Origin: Octopus bimaculoides
Lineage: Eukaryota
DNA: 50,309 bases
Assembly (NCBI RefSeq): GCF_001194135.2
Contig: NC_068984.1
Coordinates: forward strand, 77,341,943 to 77,392,251
Direction of reading: 5' to 3'
The notes beneath the pieces are model-generated. The model searched no databases and was not told where the DNA came from. It saw nothing but the letters and a program-made list of their open reading frames with translations. Made by a program: the position numbers and the translations under genes. Numbering within the stretch: position 1 is the stretch's first letter; the number at the start of each line of letters is the position of its first letter. Shown in pieces: positions 47,180 to 50,309 of the stretch.

Positions 47180-49620
47180 TTATGCAAACAAAAATTTTTC
47201 TCTCTCATTTACACAAAGATTACAACGATTATTGTTAAAGTTATATGAAGAAGTTTTAGCTAGGATATGCCATTCTAAACTATAATTAATCTTATTGTCT
47301 TTCAATTCCCAAATGTAACTACTAAGTCCGGTAGATTTCGCTTTACTTCTATTTCTGAAACTAGAGCGATGGGAGTTATATCTAAGTATCATTTCATTTT
47401 TTAGTTGCTCCAATATAAGACGTCTTGTAATTATTTGCGAGTACATCGCATTGGTAGATTACGATTTTAGTTTTACATATATTCGAGAATTCACAATTGT
47501 TGTTATCTCTGCAGCCACATAGATTATTAAGCTTGTATGTGCCTATGTTATGTTGAGGGGAGTTATTATTTATAAGGTTGTTGTCCGCGTCATTTGAGGG
47601 CAAGTTATTAGGGATGACATTTAGTATATCTGTCGATTGGTTGCTGTTTTATGTTGCTATTCTTCCTCGTTTCAAAGAAGGCATCTAGCTTTTTATTCTT
47701 GATAAAGGCAATGATATTAGTTAGGTTACTAGTTAAGCTATGGTTTTCTCTAATTTTGTTCCCGAGTATTTCTGAGTATTTGCTATTTAAGTTCAAGTCT
47801 CATTATTGAATGGACTATGTTTGTTTTGAGTTGCATCGCGAAGGGGATAATTAACCAGATGTTATCCTTATTTCGTTTATTTTTAATATTATTTTTGGCG
47901 TAGAAAGTGTCCTCGGTATTTTTGTAAAACGTAAAGTTATGGTTATAATTATTATTATTCTTTCTATAGTTATTTTTATTATTATTACTATCAGTTTTAT
48001 TGGAGTTGTTTCTTTACGGTTTATTTATTTTATATACCTTGGCATTATCATTCATAATAGGGGCAATATTGGTTCTAGGAGGTGCGTCATTTTTATTTTT
48101 ATTTATATCTTTATTATTATTCATATTAGTATTCTTAATGTTGTTATTTTTCTCATTGTTGGCATTTATTTCGTTATCATTTTTAATGTTGTTATTTATA
48201 TTAATCTGAATCTTATCATTATTCCTACTATTTTTGTTGTTACTACTGTTAATCTTATTAATGTTGTTCATATTGTTGTTGTGGTTGTTAGTGTCATATG
48301 GAGTGTAATTTTTTGTTATTATAATAGTTTGGGGCGTTTATGTTATTCGGGTTATTTTTATAGTGTTCTGGATATAGGTATTTAATTTTTTGCTTATAAC
48401 TTGCTTTTTCTAATGCGCTGTTGTAGAATTCTTTATACTTATTAAAGATATCTTCGTTGGAAGAGAGGTGTGAAATTCTTTTGCTGATGCTTTTAATAAA
48501 GTTGGGATGGTTAATACGTGCGTTTATATATGTAAGGTTTGTATTCGGTTTTATGTAGAGTTCATGTAATCCCGTGGTTAGGTTGCAATTAGAGTCGAAG
48601 CAGTTTTTAGAATTATGTTCTTTTTCTATTGTAATAGATAAGCCAAAACGTTTAAAAACTTATATGGTTTCTTTAAGTAGTTCTAATCTCCTATTTGAGA
48701 TGTTTTTCATGATAAATAGTGCGTCGTCTCTGTAGAGACCACCCCTGATCTCTGGGAATTCTTCCTGTAAATGTGATAAATAAATGCCTACTAAGTCAGT
48801 TATCTGTGCTGAATCAGGGATTCCCATGGTGATATCGAAGTTGTTAGGGGTATATTTCCTTATCCGTAGTTATCGAAATTTATTATGGATTTTCTCGCTT
48901 CTAAGATTACCTTAATTTCATTCATTGTTAGTTCAGTATGATTTTTGGCGAAAAATAAGAGCGCTATTTAGGATCTTAGGGTTAATAGATGAGTAGTAAT
49001 CCTTTATGTCTATCTAATAGTTATTGTTGTTCTGTGTCTTGGAGAAGCAGTTAAGGGCTTCGTATGTGTTGGACCATAGTTCTAGGGCTATTTTATTTTT
49101 TATGTTAGGGATATATTTATCTAATATTAATTTACTTAATTTACATAGATCGGATTTATTAGGGCATATTAGTCTAGCTTTTGTATCTGTTAAGTAATTT
49201 GGTTTATGGTCCCTAATTGTTATGCGGGGTCTGGAAGGTGCGAAGGGTTCAGTTTTCTCATCTATGGTCATAATCTTCCTGGCTAATAAGTTCAAAGATC
49301 TTAAGGTGTTATTAGCTGCTATTTGTATTTTTTGTTATTTCTTTATACAACAGCTGGTTGTATAAATAAATATCCAAAATATATGAATTCCTAGTTTTAT
49401 CGGAGTGTACAATAATTCCCTTTTGCAATTTCAGCTTGTATAGTAGGTCCTTTAGATTTCTTTGGTAAGTATTATTCCTTAATGGGTATCGTTTAAATTT
49501 TAGGTTCTTAATAGTATCCCGTAGTTCGTTCTCAAAGGCGTCCAAGTGGCTGTTTGGTGAGAGGGGTTTTCCTAGTTTTGAAAAGTCCTTTGGTAAAACC
49601 TTTGCTGTTGTGGTGATACG
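47180..49620 (-). pseudogene. PLE polyprotein (RT, Asn-rich linker, GIY-YIG), with stops and frameshifts, 5'-truncated
   Basis: LFKTRKTP..LDAFENEL..IIVHSDKTRNSY; ITIRDHKPNY..RLICPNKSDL; DIKDYYSSI; FDITMGIPDSAQITDLVGIY; GGLYRDD (48723-48734); NIWLIIPF; CGCRDNNNCEFSNICKTKIVIYQC..SYIGAT; RYNSHRSSF..LSSYIWELKD; RCNLC. Confidence 0.93.
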
Positions 49621-50084
49621 TCGTCTCCTATTTTACAGGTTGTTAACGGACCTACTTAACCTCTTATTACCTCTTATTACCATTGTACACACTTTATCGT
49701 ACAAATTTTAAATAACAGCCTTAGTTTAGATTACGGCTTCCATTGAAATTACAGGGACTAACTTAGAAGCTACAAATTAGCGTTACTTATGTCCAATAAT
49801 GACACCGGACATCCCCACTAGGTATAACTCTTTCGGCTTAAACCACCGGTCAACAAGCCTTTGTTCCCATTACCACCATTACCACCGAATGTAGGAACCT
49901 ACGGGCACGTGGAAATATGAAAGTCACTAAACGTAAGACTATGGATTTAACGAACTCTCTTATCTTTTATTCTTCTACTGACACGTGGAAATATGTAAGT
50001 CACTAAAATGTAAGACTATTGCTTAACGAACACTTCTCCTTTTCTTTTTCCTTTTTTTTGGATCTATTTCATCTTTGCCATATA

Positions 50085-50166
50085 ATCTTTCTGAAGATGT
50101 TTATCAATTGTAACGAGGTAAATGCAAATTTACCATATTTTGATAAATAGAAACAGTTGTAAACAT
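50085..50166 (+). ncRNA. Hammerhead-like motif in the right (inverted) pLTR arm
   Basis: Same fold: CTGAAGA 50091-50097, stem II 50098-50107/50140-50149, GAAA 50150-50153. Stem III is ACAGTTGT (palindrome broken by C>T), GUA site. Confidence 0.5.
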
Positions 50167-50243
50167 ACTCCTAATTTAATTAAACAACGACTTTAAAACA
50201 CCAATGATCCACTTCTCATTGTTATTATTGCTCCATCTCTCTT

Positions 50244-50276
<33 letters not shown>

Positions 50277-50309
50277 GTCTCTCTCTCTGTCTCTCTGTAT
50301 GTATATATA

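Larger units (their letters stand above)
46160..50236 (-). mobile_element. Penelope-like retroelement (Naiad-like) with an inverted 5' pLTR copy
   Basis: Degenerate RT + GIY-YIG ORF (47180-49620) and an ~1 kb 3'UTR. Bases 46323-46867 are repeated in inverted orientation at 49680-50236, and 47072-47120 at 49626-49673. Confidence 0.92.

Noticed and set aside
47180-47603. Possible selenoprotein-type Naiad (UGA at conserved Cys positions)
   Set aside because: The conserved GIY-YIG cysteines I read are TGT/TGC codons; no in-frame TGA at those sites and no SECIS was recognised.
47939-48385. 148-aa hydrophobic plus-strand ORF resembling a membrane protein
   Set aside because: It is the antisense shadow of the Asn-rich (AAT/AAC) PLE linker.
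1-50309. CRISPR arrays, rRNA genes or prokaryotic operons
   Set aside because: None seen; the repeats are eukaryotic microsatellites and interspersed elements.

Overview
AT-rich eukaryotic genomic DNA from a gapped short-read-style assembly: 12 N-gaps, most flanked by (TA)n/(TG)n. The SINE and microsatellite landscape strongly suggests Octopus (inference). The window is mostly intronic sequence of a plus-strand class B1 (secretin/PTH/glucagon-receptor-like) GPCR gene. Two canonical small exons are visible: 5235-5295 (61 nt, TM4-ECL2) and 16138-16207 (70 nt, ECL2-TM5); neither gives a recognisable standalone call in the ORF track. The rest is transposon debris: tRNA-derived SINEs of at least 5 families, two mariner fossils, a Tc1 end, MITEs, RTE, L1/Tx1 and R4/Dong-type LINE fragments, and several Penelope-like elements (PLEs). 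Most notable: (i) a ~4 kb Naiad-like PLE (RT + GIY-YIG, long Asn-rich linker) bracketed by ~550-bp inverted arms, each with a hammerhead-like motif; (ii) five complete or near-complete type I hammerhead ribozyme folds from about four PLE families, including a U3:A8 core variant; (iii) an RTE-BovB-type LINE end carrying three tandem C2H2 zinc fingers; (iv) an R4/Dong fragment embedded in (TAA)n arrays. Most ORF-track entries are microsatellite or N-gap artefacts. All calls are from manual reading; no searches were run.
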